DNA from: Octopus sinensis
Taxonomy: Eukaryota
DNA: 64,000 bases
Direction of reading: 5' to 3'
NCBI RefSeq assembly: GCF_006345805.1
Contig: NC_043025.1
Location: 9,610,001-9,674,000 of the forward strand
The notes beneath the pieces were generated by a model. The model saw only the letters and a program-made list of their open reading frames with translations. It did no database searches and was not told where the DNA came from. Positions 11,036-24,332 of this stretch are shown here, piece by piece. Position numbers and translations under genes: made by a program. Each line of letters opens with the position of its first letter. Positions within the stretch are counted from its first letter, which is position 1.

Positions 11036-13184
11036 AGTGGCTGTGTGGTAAGTAGCTTGTTTACCAACCACATGGTTCCAGGTTCAGTCCCACTGCATGG
11101 CACCTTGGGCAAGTGTCTTCTACTATAGCCTCGGGCCGCCCAAAGCCTTGTGAGTGGATTTGGTAGATGGAAACTGAAAGAAGCCCGTCGTATATATGTA
11201 TATATATATATGTGTGTGTGTGTGTTTGTGTGTCTGTGTTTGTCCCCCTAGCATTGCTTGACAACCGATGCTGGTGTATTTATGTCCCCGTTACTTAGCG
11301 GTTCGGCAAAAGAGACCGATAGAATAAGTACTGGGCTTACAAAAAGAATAAGTCCCGGGGTCGAGTTGCTCGATTAAAGGCGGTGCTCCAGCATGGCCGC
11401 AGTCAAATGACTGAAACAAGTAAAAGAGTAAAAGAGAGAGTATATATATGCAGACACACACATTTATTGGGATACATTTAATATGCTTACTACTTGTCAA
11501 GTTTATGGAAAGCAAAATTAATGATTTAAAGAATGTCCTAGTGTCTCCCATAAAATTGCAATGTTCAGAATAAGTCATAGGGAAGTAGGAACTGATAAAA
11601 TAGGTAAGCAGGAACTGATTAAATATGGTAAGCAAGACAGGTGTGTAGACACCAAAATGTAAATTGTGGTTGCTTACTTAATTTACACCTGGAAATTATA
11701 ATGCATATTGTATGACAGGGCTGAGTGTACTTCTCAGGTTCTGAGTTAGGAATCGGATGTTTTATGGGAAGTTGATGTCCAGGTGTGGTTCTTGTGGTTA
11801 AGATGCTTTCTTGCTAACCATGAGGTTTTGAGTTCAGTCCCACTGTGTGGTTTACATTGGGCAAATGTCTTTTTACAATGGTTCTCAGCTGACCAATACC
11901 TTGTGGAGGATTTGAGAAATGGAAACTGAAAGAAGCCCATTTTGTGTGTTTGTGTGTGCATATGTATATGGTATAGGAGGCGCAATGGCCCAGTGGTTAG
12001 GGCAGTGGACTCGCGGTCGTAGGATCACAGTTTCGATTCCCAGACCGGGCGTTGTGTGTGTTTATTGAGCGAAATCACCTAAAACCTCCACGAGGCTCTG
12101 GCAGGGGATGGTGGCGATCCCTGCTGTACTCTTTCACCACAACTTTCTCTCACTCTTACTTCCTGTTTCTGTTGTACCTGTATTTCAAAGGGCCGGCCTT
12201 GTCACTCTCTGTGTCACGCTGAATATCCCCGAGAACTACGTTAAGGGTGCACGTGTCTGTGGAGTGCTCAGCCACTTACATGTTAATTTCACGAGCAGGC
12301 TGTTCCGTTGATTCGGATCAACCGAAACCCTCATCGTCGTAACCGACGGAGTGCTTCCATATGATATAGGAGGCGCAATGGCCCAGTGATTAGGGCAGCG
12401 GACTCGCGGTCGTAGGATCGCGGTTTCGATTCCCAGACCGGGCGTTGTGTGTGTTTATTGAGCGAAAACACCTAAAAGCTCCACGAATCTCCGGCAGGGG
12501 TTGGTGGTGATCCCTGCTGTACTCCTTCACCACTCTTTCTCTCACTCTTTCTGCTGTTGGCCTGCTCGCTTAGCCAGCGGGGTGGCGTCATTTGAAGGCT
12601 AAAACAATGTGAAGTGCATTGTGACCAGCGATGTGTAGCAACATCTGATGGTCTGGTCGGTCACAGTAATCACGTGATGTATATGATATATATACATATA
12701 AATATATATGGAACTGAACCCGGAACCATGTGGTTGGTAAGCAAGCTACTTACCACACAGCCACTCCTGCGTCTATACATACTCTTTTACTCTTTTACTT
12801 GTTTCAGTCATTTGACTGCGGTCATGCTGGAGCACCGCCTTTAATCGAGCAAATCGATCCCAGGACTTATTCTTTGTAAGCCCAGTACTTATTCTATCGG
12901 TCTCTTTTTGCCGAACCACTAAGTAACGGGGACATAAACACACCAGCATTGGTTGTCAAGCAATGCTAGGGGGACAAACACAGACACACACATACATATA
13001 TATATATATATACATATATACTACGGGCTTCTTTCAGTTTCCGTCTACCAAATCCACTCACAAGGCTTTGGTCGGCCCGAGGCTATAGTAGAAGACACTT
13101 GCCCAAGATGCCATGCAGTGGGACTGAACTCGGAACCATGTGGTTGGTAAGCAAGCTACTTACCACACAGCCACTCCTGCATCT

Positions 13185-13230
<46 letters not shown>

Positions 13231-13952
13231 ATCTGTGTATCTTTCTGTTGAAGAGCGTAGGCTTGAAACGTTAAAGACTTGTTTTATTTATATTTCCTGA
13301 GCGCCATACTAATACAATTGTTTGTTTGTTTTCCACCTGCCTTCGTCTTTTGTCTATTTTCATAAAGCTTCCCGTTATATATATATCTTTTATCTGTATC
13401 TGATTCAGACATTAAACTGTAGCCATGCTGGGGCATCCCTTTGAAGAACATTTAGCCAAATGAACCAACCCCAGTACATGAGTACATTTATTTATTTAAG
13501 CCTGGTACTTATTCTATCAGTCTCTGTTTGCTTAATCGCTAAGTTATGAAAACCTGAACGATTTTACATCTGAGTTATCAAAAATTTTGCCAAATTAAAA
13601 AGGGTCATGGTCATCAATAATGAGGGGACATATCATTTTGATTAAATATATCAGTTAACCCTGTTATGCTGTGTCCCTACTATAGTGGCAATAGCTTAAA
13701 TATTATCCCTGTTGGATTCCTGATAAAGGGGACTTCAACAACATGGCAGAAAATAATATAAAATATTAAAAGCAGACAAAAGGCGCAGGAGTGGCTGTGT
13801 GGTAAGTAGCTTGCTAACCAACCACATGGTTCCGGGTTCAGTCCCACTGCGTGGCATCTTGGGCAAGTGTCTTCTGACATAGCCCCGGGCCGACCAATGC
13901 CTTGTGAGTTGATTTGGTAGATGGAAACTGAAAGAAGCCTGTCGTATATATG

Positions 13953-13983
<31 letters not shown>

Positions 13984-15880
13984 ATATGTTTGTGTGTCTG
14001 TGTTTGTCCCCCTAGCATTGCTTGACAACCGATGCTGGTGTGTTTACGTCCCCGTCACTTAGTGGTTCGGCAAAAAGAGACCGATAGAATAAGTACTGGG
14101 CTTACAAAAGAATAAGTCCCGGGGTCGAGTTGCTCGACTAAAAAGGCGGTGCTCCAGCATGGCCGCAGTCAAATGACCGAAACAAGTAAAAGAAAAAGAA
14201 AAAAAGAAGAAAAAAAACCTGATCACATTGAAGCTTTGTAGTCCTTATTAATCGTGTCCCCCTCAGTTTTTGTTGGCTTTTGTTTACAGTCGTAAAAAAC
14301 AAACGAACCATTTTGCAATGAAATGAGCGTGGGATAAACCCAGTTCCTTGTCTTATAAATGAAGAAAACCTAGATTCTTTGTGGGGGAAGAAATCATTGA
14401 TGATGTCTGTTCTTATAAATAATAATGAAATCATTGTATACTGGGCTCAGGTGCAATGATGTTGTCTATTCTTCTTACGCAGACAATGAAAACGATTTTA
14501 ACAATCAAACTCAAGAAAGTGATGAAGAAAGTAACAAACTGTGTGAAGAAATACAGTAATTGAGAGATAAGTCCATTATTGTTAAGTATACATAGGCGCA
14601 GGAGTGGCTGTGTGGTAAGTAGCTTGCTAACCAACCACATGGTTCCGGGTTCAGTCCCACTGCGTGGCATCTTGGGCAGGTGTCTTCTGCTATAGCCCCG
14701 GGCCGACCAATGCCTTGTGAGTGGATTTGGTAGACGGAAACTGAAAGAAGCCTGTCGTATATATGTATATATATATATATGTATGTGTGTTTCTGTGTTT
14801 GTCCCCCTAGCATTGCCTGACAACCGATGCTGGTGTGTTTACATCCCCGTCACTTAGCGGCTCGGCAAAAGGGACCGATAGAATAAGTACTGGGCTTACA
14901 AAGAATAAGTCCCGGGGTCGATTTGCTCGACTAAAGGCGGTGCTCCAGCATGGCCGCAGTCAAATGACTGAAACAAGTAAAAGAGTAAAAGAGTATACTA
15001 GCCATCTCAATGTGGCTAACCTCTAAGAGTGGGTGTTACTGTAGCTTTTAACCCCAGGAGATCATCGTCTCCAGCTGGCTTTAGGCACACTTTCTGTGCA
15101 CTTATGTTTTAAAGCCAGCGGGAGACGATGATCTCCTGGGGCTACACGCTACAGTAACACCCACCCCCCTTAGTGGTTAGCCATATTGAGATGGCTACTC
15201 TCTTTCTCTTTTACTCTCTTTTACTTGTTTCAGCCATTTGACTGCGGCCATGCTGGAGCACCGCCTTTAGTCGAGCAAATCGACCCCACCGGGACTTATT
15301 CATTGTAAGCCCAGTACTTATTCTATCGGTCTCTTTTGCTGAACCGCTAAGTAACGGGGACGTAAACACACCAGCATCGGTTGTCAAGCGATGTTGGGGG
15401 GACAAACACAGACACACAAACATATACACACACAAAACAATATATATATATATATATATATACATATATATACTCTTTCTACTCTTTTACTTGTTTCAGT
15501 CATTTGACTGCGGCCATGCTGGAGGCACCGCCTTTAGTTGAGCCAAATCGACCCCGGGACTTATTCTTTGTAAGCCCAGTACTATTCTATCGGTCTCTTT
15601 TGCCGAACCGCTAAGTGACGGGTACGTAAACACACCAGCATCGGTTGTCAAGCAATGCTAAGGGGACAAACACACACACATACACACATATACATATATA
15701 TATATATATATATATACGACGGGCTTCTTTCAGTTTCCGTCTACCAAATCCACTCACAAGGCATTGGTCGGCCTGTGGCTATAGTAGAAGACACTTGCCC
15801 AAGGTGCCACGCAGTGGGACTGAACCCGGAACCATGTGGTTGGTAAACAAGCTACTTACCACACAGCCACTCCTGCGCAT
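10195..15880. repeat. Dense S1 SINE cluster: 10195-10600 (-), 11032-11435 (+), 12783-13185 (-), 13782-14200 (+), 14595-14995 (+), 15200-15420 (-), 15470-15880 (-)
   Basis: Each copy matches the S1 consensus. Confidence 0.85.
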
Positions 15881-16472
15881 GTAATTTGTTCATGTAATTT
15901 GTATTTATTATTGTTATTTTCCTGGATTTTTTTGTGATTCTGTCCATTAGTTTGACTAACAATACAGTGGTTGAGAGATAGGCCTATTATTGTTATTCTC
16001 CTAAATATTTAGAGAGTTCTGTCCATTAGTTTAGGGTTAAAGAAACATACAAACATAGATATGGAAGCACTCTGTCGGTTACGACGATGAGGGTTCCGGT
16101 TGATCCGATCAACGGAACAGCCTGGGTCATCTCAGTGATATTCAGCATGACACAGAGAGTGACAAGGCCGGCCCTTTGAAATACAGGTACAACAGAAACA
16201 GGAAGTATGAGTGAGAGAAAGTTGTGGTGAAAGAGTACAGCAGGGATCACCACCATCCCCTGCCGGAGCCTCGTGGAGCTTTAGGTGTTTTCGCTCAATA
16301 AACACTCACAACACCCGGTCTGGGAATCGAAACTGCGAACCTATGACCGCGAGTCCGCTGCCCTAACCACTGGGCCATTGCGCCTCCACACAAACATAGA
16401 TATATAGATATAAAGACAAGAGAAGACATAAAAATACAGAGACACATGGTTGACAATAAGAGTCCTCCTTAC

Positions 16473-16642
16473 CAAATGTGGGAAAATCTCCATGCATCCA
16501 TAGCCAAGCAGCCGTCCCCAGATGGCCCCTATTGTCAGGGAAGGGATGAAGACCCCACTGGAGATGCTCAGGCCATATGTCCAGACAGAGAGTAGAAAAT
16601 ACAGAACCAAAAATATAAGTAATGTGGTCACTTTGTAGGAAC
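16473..16642 (-). CDS. CLCN7: CLC-7-like exon: (G)[56 protein letters not shown]
   Basis: 170 nt, tttgcAG / GTAAGG, phase 1/0. Contains the GxFxP motif (SSGVFIP) and WGRL. Confidence 0.94.
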
Positions 16643-16665
16643 CTGCAAAATAAAGGTGGTTTAGA

Positions 16666-17148
16666 GTTAGGGCAGGTGGACACAGAATTTTATGGGGTTA
16701 GTAGATGGAATTAATCACTTAAGGGCAGGTGGACACAGAATTTTATGGGGTTAGTAGATTGAATTAATCACTTAAGGGCAGGTGGACACAGAATTTTATG
16801 GGGTTAGTAGATGGAATTAATCACTTAAGGGCAGGTGGACACAGAATTTTACGGGGTTAGCAGATGGAATTAATCACTTAAGGGCAGGTGGACACAGAAT
16901 TTTACGGGGTTAGTAGATGGAATTAATCACTTAAGGGTAGGTGGACACAGAATTTTATAGGGTTAGTAGATGGAATTAATCACTTAAGGGCAGGTGGACA
17001 CAGAATTTTATGGGGTTAGTAGATGGAATTAATCACTTAAGGGCAGGTGGACACAGAATTTTATGGGGTTAGTAGATGGAATTAATCACTTAAGGGCAGG
17101 TGGACACAGAATTTTACGGGGTTAGTAGATGGAATTAATCACTTAAGG
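16666..17148. repeat. Minisatellite, 9 x 53 bp, abutting a CLCN7 acceptor
   Basis: CACAGAA at 16681, 16734 ... 17105. Confidence 0.95.
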
Positions 17149-18082
17149 GCAGTTTGAAGGCGAGAGAATGCAGAATTGTCCAGGGCAAGCTATAGGGTCT
17201 GTGAGTAGCTGTGCCATGAGCTTTTTACAGTTCCCTATAGAGTAGATTCCAATTTCTCTCACCATCCACCCATTTATTCTTCAATTGAAAGATAAATTCA
17301 TCTGCAACTTCCAAATTGTGCTTTCTGACCCCACAATTCTGATCTCTCTCTAATTAGAACCCTCTCCTTCCTCAGAAACCTTTTGATAGGAAACTCCACA
17401 TGAGGCTCTGGCAGGGGGTAGTGCTGAACCCTGCTGTACACAGAGGGGGGGTTGAAGGTAAGAGAAAATGAGAGCAGAATCCACTGGGCCAGGCTATTGA
17501 CAGTGCCACCACTCACTTACCATCTTTGCAAACCCCTACAGAATGGACTCCAACCTCTTTCATCTTCCACCTGTCTACACAGAACTTTGTGGGGTTAGTG
17601 GCTGGAGCTAATCCCTTAAGGATAGGTAGAAGGTGAGAGAGAGAGTGGAATCATCCAGATCAGGCTATTAACAGTGCAACCATTACTCTTATTCTTTACT
17701 CTTTACTCTTTACTCGTTTCAGTCATTTGACTGCGGCCATGCTGGTGCACCGCCTTTAATTGAGCAACTCGACCCCGGGACTTATTCTTTTGTAAGCCCA
17801 GTACTTATTCTATCGGTCTCTTTTGCCGAACCGCTAGGTAACGGGGACATAAACACACCAACATTGGTTGTTAAGCAATGCTAGGGGGACAAATACAGAC
17901 ATATATATATATACATATATACGACGGGCTTCTTTCAGTTTCCGTCTACCAAATCCACTCACAAGGCTTTGGTCGGCCCGAGGCTATAGTAGAAGACACT
18001 TGCCCAAGATGCCACGCAGTGGGACTGAACCCGGAACCATGTGGTTGGTAAGCAAGCTACTTACCACACAGCAACTCCTGTG

Positions 18083-18125
<43 letters not shown>

Positions 18126-19466
18126 CATACAGACAGACAGACAGACAGACAGACAGAAAAGGAAAGGAAAAGGAAAGGAAAGGAAAGGAAAGAAAAGGGA
18201 AGGGAGGGGAGAGGAGAGGAGGAGAGGAAAGAGAGAAAGAAAGAAAGAAAGAAAGAAATAAAGCAAACCGTGAAATACATATTTATTTTTTAAAATGAAA
18301 CAGAACAAACAATAAGATGGCAAATAATGTTTATTTTTGTACACTTCCACTTTATATTTGGAAAGTTTTCTCCTACTTTTTTCGTTGCAAAGTCTTTGAT
18401 CGGATTCTTACTATGGCAACACAAGCGCTATGTAACCTCTTCAGATATTATCTCACCAAGTTGAAAGAGACTTTTTTTGTTTTGTGCTATTTACCGTTTA
18501 CCATTTTCGTAGTGCCCCACTTCCCTTGATGTCCTAAACACGTACTTATTTAACTTATATACTCTATCATAAGCAAACTATGCAGTACTGTTTATACTGA
18601 AGAGAGTGGTCAATGCTTTGTTGATTACCTATATTCTTGGTGTACGTATATATATATATATAGTATATATATATATATATATATATATACTATATATATA
18701 TAGCAAGGAAAAATTGTAAAGTGCAGAATGCTCAAATGAAAGAAAATTTTAATGAAATGAGAAATTGATAAAATATATAAATATATATTTATTCAAACCG
18801 TTTTTCGTCATTGTATGACTTGTCAAGAATATTTAGGTTAAAAAGTTTTTTTTCATTTGAGCATTCTGCACTTTTACAATTTTTCCTTGCTTATCATTTC
18901 TCCACGTGCGGTCAACACAACCCCACCATTTATTGATCTATATATATATATATATATATATATTAATAAATATATTTATTAATTAATGATTTTTGGATAA
19001 TTTTGAAATTAATTCAGCAGTTTATATTTGCTGCTGAGAAGGCCGCGCGGTTGCGGTAGGTTTTGAAAATTTAGAGCATATAGACTGGAGGCTTCTTTAC
19101 CATCGCCTCGTGGATATATACTCATCCTCGGCTTCTCTGCTGATGAGACACGCCAGTTGTAAATAAATTTAACTTAATTTAATTAATTTGTTTACCAAAG
19201 TTTGTTGAAACTATGCATAGTCCAGAGATGAAAAGGGTAAATGTTTTTATTTCTCTTTCAATTTCAGAATTACAACTATTTAGTGGTTTGAGTTTGGCTG
19301 TTCTTTCTAGTGGGTCGAATGTCCTATTATGGCATTCCTTATATTGTTGAATATATATATATTAATGTTCATTTGTACAATCATTATCATCATCATCATC
19401 GACTTAATCCGTTTGTCTGTCCTTGTTTGTCCCCTCTGTGTTTAGCCCCTTGTGGGTAGTAAAGAA

Positions 19467-19765
19467 CTAGATAATCAATATACACAATACTTTTTGCATC
19501 CCCCAAAACTGAGGCCATCACCTTCCCAGTAGATGAAACGATCATGACCTTCTTGGGCAGGTGAGGATGGGTGTTTTCACTCCCGGGATTGTCTCTTCAT
19601 CTCTGGCTCAAAGTGATGGACCCAATATTCATCCTCGCATAGGAAACATTTAAGGAAACTAGCTGGACCTTGCTCAAATAATGTCAGCTTTTCCCCGTGA
19701 TGTGATCAGCCTGATGTGCTTTTGATCAAGTGTCAGAGTGCAGGGCACCCACCGAGGTACCTGTG
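19467..19765 (-). pseudogene. mariner transposase remnant
   Basis: DEYWVHHFEPEMKRQSRE*KHPSSP...STGKVMASVF...DAKSIVYIDY with a frameshift. Confidence 0.8.
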
Positions 19766-19779
19766 TGTTTATATATATA

Positions 19780-21070
19780 GGCGACGAGATGGCAGAAACG
19801 TTAGCCATATTTCATCTGCCGTTGCGTTCTGAGTTCAAATTCCGCCGAGGTTGACTTTGCCTTTCATCCTTTCGGGATCGATAAATAAAGTACCAGTTAC
19901 GCACTGGGGTCGATGTTATCGACTTAATCCGTTTGTCTGTCCTTGTTTGTCCCCTCTGTATTTAGCCCCTTGTGGGTAGTAAAGAAATAGGTATTTCGTC
20001 TGCGGCTACGTTCTGAGTTCAAACTCTGCCGAGGTTGACTTTGCCTTTCATCCTTTCGGGGTCGATAAATAAAGTACCAGTTATGCACTGGGGTCGATGT
20101 AATCGACTTAATACTTATGTCTGTCCTTGTTTGTCCCCTCTGTGTTTAGCCCCTTGTGGGTAATAAAAAAATAGGTATTTCGTCTGCCGTTATGTTCTGA
20201 GTTCAAACTCCGCCGAGGTTGACTTTGCCTTCCATCCTTTCGGGGTCGATAAATAAAGTACCAGTTCGCACTGAGGTCAATGTAATCGACTTAATCCGTT
20301 TGTCTGTCTTGTTTGTCCTCTCCGTGTTAGCCCCTTGTGGGTAGTAAAGAAAAGACATTTCGTCTGCGCTACATTCTGAGTTCAAATTCCGCCGAGGTCG
20401 ACTTTGCCTTTCATCTTTCGGGTCGATAAATAAAGTACCAGTTACCACTGGGGTCAATGTAATCGACTAATCCGTTTGTCTGTCCTTGTTGTTCCCTCTG
20501 TTTTTAGCCCCTTGTGGTAATAAAAAAATAGGTATTCGTCTGCCGTTATGTTCTGAGTTCAAACTCCGTCGAGGTTGACTTTGCCTTTCATCCTTTCGGG
20601 GTCGATAAATAAAGTACCAGTTACGCACTGAGGTCAATGTAATCGACTTAATCCGTTTGTCTGTCCTTGTTTGTCCTCTCCGTGTTTAGCCCCTTGTGGG
20701 TAGTAAAGAAATAGACATTTCGTCTGCGGCTACATTCTGAGTTCAAATTCCGCCGAGGTCGACTTTGCCTTTCATCCTTTCGGGGTCGATAAATAAAGTA
20801 CCAGTTACGCACTGGGGTCAATGTAATCGACTTAATCCGTTTGTCTGTCCTTGTTTGTTCCCTCTGTGTTTAGCCCCTTGTGGGTAATAAAAAAATAGGT
20901 ATTTCGTCTGCCGTTATGTTCTGAGTTCAAACTCCGTCGAGGTCGACTTTGCCTTTCATCCTTTCGGGGTTGATAAATAAAGTACCAGTTACGCACTGGG
21001 GTCGATGTAATCGACTTAATCCGTTTGTCTGTCCCCTCTGTGTTTAGCCCCTTGTGGGTAGTAAAGAAAA
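19780..21070 (+). repeat. SINE family S3 (Nin/Deu-like domain) heptamer: one head plus 7 bodies of about 184 bp
   Basis: Body starts at 19991, 20175, 20355, 20532, 20715 and 20899. Monomers at 1083-1315 (+), 6410-6640 (-) and 22995-23205 (-); multimers at 7095-7700 (-) and 54014-54420 (-). Confidence 0.88.
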
Positions 21071-21770
21071 TATATATATAGGACAAAGCATTTTTTAATC
21101 AAAAGTTATTACTTGTATAAAATAACCTTTTTAAAGGTAAGCAGATTATTCATTAAAAAATTTACCTGATACAGGTGCAGGTGTGGCTGTATTGTAAGAA
21201 ACTTGCTTCCCAACCACTTAGCTCCAGGTTCAGTCCCACTGCTTGGCACCTTGGGCAAGTGTCTTCTGCTATAGCCTCAGGCCGACCAAAGTGGATTTGG
21301 TAGATGGAAACTGAAAGAAGCCCATTGTATATATGTATGTATATATCTATGTGTGTGTGTCTTTGTATCTGTGTTTGTCACCTACCACTGCCTGATAATT
21401 GTTGCTGGTGTGTTTTTGTCCCTGTTACTTAGCAGTTCAGCAAAAGAGCGTGATAGAATAAGTACTAGACTTTAAGAAAAAAGTCTTGCAGTTGATTTGT
21501 TGGTCTAAAACCCCTCCGGGCTGTGCCCCAGCATGAAAGCGATCAAATGACTGAATCAAGTAAAAGATAAAAGGCACTATGTGTGTTTGACAACCTAAAG
21601 ACAGTGAAAGCAGCTGTACAAACACTCTGTTCCATTAGTTCTGTGTTAACCTGATATTTAAAAAAATTTTTTTTTATAAAATTAGTATCTTTTAATTTAC
21701 AATTTAGTTTAGACATTGATACTGCATACAAAAATGTTCTTAAATTTTTAAGTATGTGCCCAGTGCTTAC

Positions 21771-21867
21771 CTATTTTGTCATGCAGCAGGCCTTTTAATG
21801 TAGATTCTGGTGTTGTTAGGAATAATGAGGTAAGTGAGTTATGTTGGTTATCTCCCTTGCAAAATAC
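21771..21867 (-). CDS. CLCN7: CLC-7-like exon: VFCKGDNQHNSLTSLFLTTPESTLKGLLHDKI(G)
   Basis: 97 nt, ctttcAG / GTAAGC, phase 0/1. Aligns to [32 protein letters not shown]. Too short to appear in the ORF track. Confidence 0.9.
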
Positions 21868-22182
21868 CTGAAAGATATAAATAAAATAGGGATGAAATAA
21901 AACTTCGCACAACAGAAAGAGGCATCACAAAGGAATAAATGATTATCTTATGAATTTCATTGGCTTACAGCAGTTTCTGCTGTGAGCAGCAGTGGACTCA
22001 TAATTGAGTAAGAGCTTCATCAGAGCCTCAAATATGAAGTGCAGTTTATTTGGGAAAGAATTACACTTGTGCCTATATAGGAAACAGCATCAGATATACA
22101 TACATATATATATATATATGTGTGTTTGTGTGTGTATTAAACATACATACATACATACATACATACATCATACATACATACA

Positions 22183-22213
<31 letters not shown>

Positions 22214-22337
22214 TATAGGAAAGAATGGAGCTGAACAAAGATTTAACCGTGCCCTTTCTGTTGTGATTTTTGCTACCCAGGTATTGGTTATCTTTTGAAT
22301 TATCCGTAATAAGATAATTCATTTATCTACTTCAATA

Positions 22338-22377
<40 letters not shown>

Positions 22378-24284
22378 CATTTTTAGAGATGTAAAGTATA
22401 ATAGCCATCTCAATATGGCTAACCACAAGGGGGGGGTGTTACTGTAGCTTTTTACGTTCTGAGATTTAATAACATTTTTAGAGAGTTACTTCCCTTATAT
22501 ATGCCAAAATGCATTAAAAATGGGAAAAAATGATGGTAAATTTTTTTTAAATCGTAGACTCATCGTAGATGCGCGCTAATACCCAGAAGGGCTCGATATG
22601 AATCACGACTATAAGATACCCGGTTTTGGTTAAACTGCACCGCAAAATGTGGTAGTAGTTAGGAATCTAAATCGTAGGAGACAGACTCTCACACATCCTC
22701 ACTTTTATATATATAGATATATCGAGAGAGAGTGAGTAATGTTTATATGCCAACAGAATGTGACAGTCCTATAAAGGACGATGTAGCTGTTGTTTTAGCC
22801 CAAGGAAAACATCTTTTTCAGCTGGCTATTTCACCCACTTTGTGCCCATACAGCAATTTGCAAGGGAGGTCATCACTCCCATCTATAGCCTTAGTGATAC
22901 TCACAGATCTTAAGTTTCTGGGTTGTTACCTGTCCTCAGTGCGAGATACTCAAAAGCTAGTGACGAAAGCTCTCCCCACTTGCAAAATGGTACATATTCT
23001 TATTTCTTTATTACCCACAAGGGGCTAAACATAAAGGGGACAAGCAAAGGGATTAAGTCGATTAGATTGACCACAGTGCTTAAATGGTGCTTAATTTATC
23101 GACCCCGAAAGGATGAAAGGCAAAGTCGACCTCGGCAGAATTTGAACTCAGAATGTAACGGCAGATGGAATACCGCCAAGCAGTTCGCCCCGTGCGCTAA
23201 TGTTTCTTATATTTTTACTGCCCACAAGGGGCTATATATATATTTACATTTTTGTGTGTGTGTACACATGTGCAGAAATATATATATATATATACTAGCA
23301 GTATTGCCCGGCATTGCTCGGGCTTGTAAGGGAAATAACTATATAAGCATTTTTAGAGAGTTACTTCCCTTATATAAACCGAGCAAAAAATGCATTAAAA
23401 TGGGAAAAATCGATGGTAAATTTTTTTTTAAATCGTAGACTCATCGTAGACGTGCGCTAATACCCAGAAGGGCTCGATATGAATCACGACTATAAGATAG
23501 ATACCCACTTTTGGTTAAACTGCACTGCAAAATGTGGGAGTAGTTAGGAATCTATATCGGAGTAGACAGACACACACACAACTTCAGTTTTATATATAAA
23601 GATATAATGGATCTGGTGGATAAAAGCTGAAAGGAGACTGTCATATGTGTGTCTGTGCTTGCCTTCATATATATATATATATATATACAAGTAGAAAGAC
23701 CGCCCTCCTGGAGTGTGTGTATGTTTATATTACAGAGACAGTGTATGTATGTGTTTATATTAGAGAGACAGTGTGTGTGTGCATGAGTGAGAGAGAGAGA
23801 GAGAGAGAGAACATTGCAAACAGTGAATGAAATCATGTAAATAAAAGTTCATTAAAAACTATCTTGTAACGAATATTTAAATTTGTGAACTTGAAATATC
23901 CAGTAATAAAAGGAGGTTCAGAAAGTAAATTTTCCTGAAAACTTCAATTTATAAAAAAATCTCAATTGCTTAGTAAATATTTCTTTCAGTAATTTATACG
24001 TTTAGCATGCTAGAAATAGCAGCGATCGCATTGTTATTATTGTAAGGCTTATAGCGTTCCAAACAGCCACACCAACAAAATCACTACTTAATTTTTTTTG
24101 TTTAAATCATACAAGGAGTGGCTGTGTGGTAAGTAGCTTGCTTACCAACCACATGGTTCCGGGTTCAGTCCCACTGCGTCGCACGTTGGGCAAGTGTCTT
24201 CTGCTATAGCCCCGTGCCGACCAATGCCTTGTAAGTGGATCTGGTAGACGGAAACTGAAAGAAGCCTGTCGTATATATGTTATA

Positions 24285-24332
<48 letters not shown>

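Noticed and set aside
11061-11264. Recurrent ORF family MSSNARGTNTDT...[19 protein letters not shown]
   Set aside because: Antisense translation of the S1 SINE; frames vary with linker length.
19130-19220. CTGATGAG motif as a hammerhead (also 29790-29840 and 37370-37450)
   Set aside because: No properly placed GAAA, stem II or NUH triplet could be paired.
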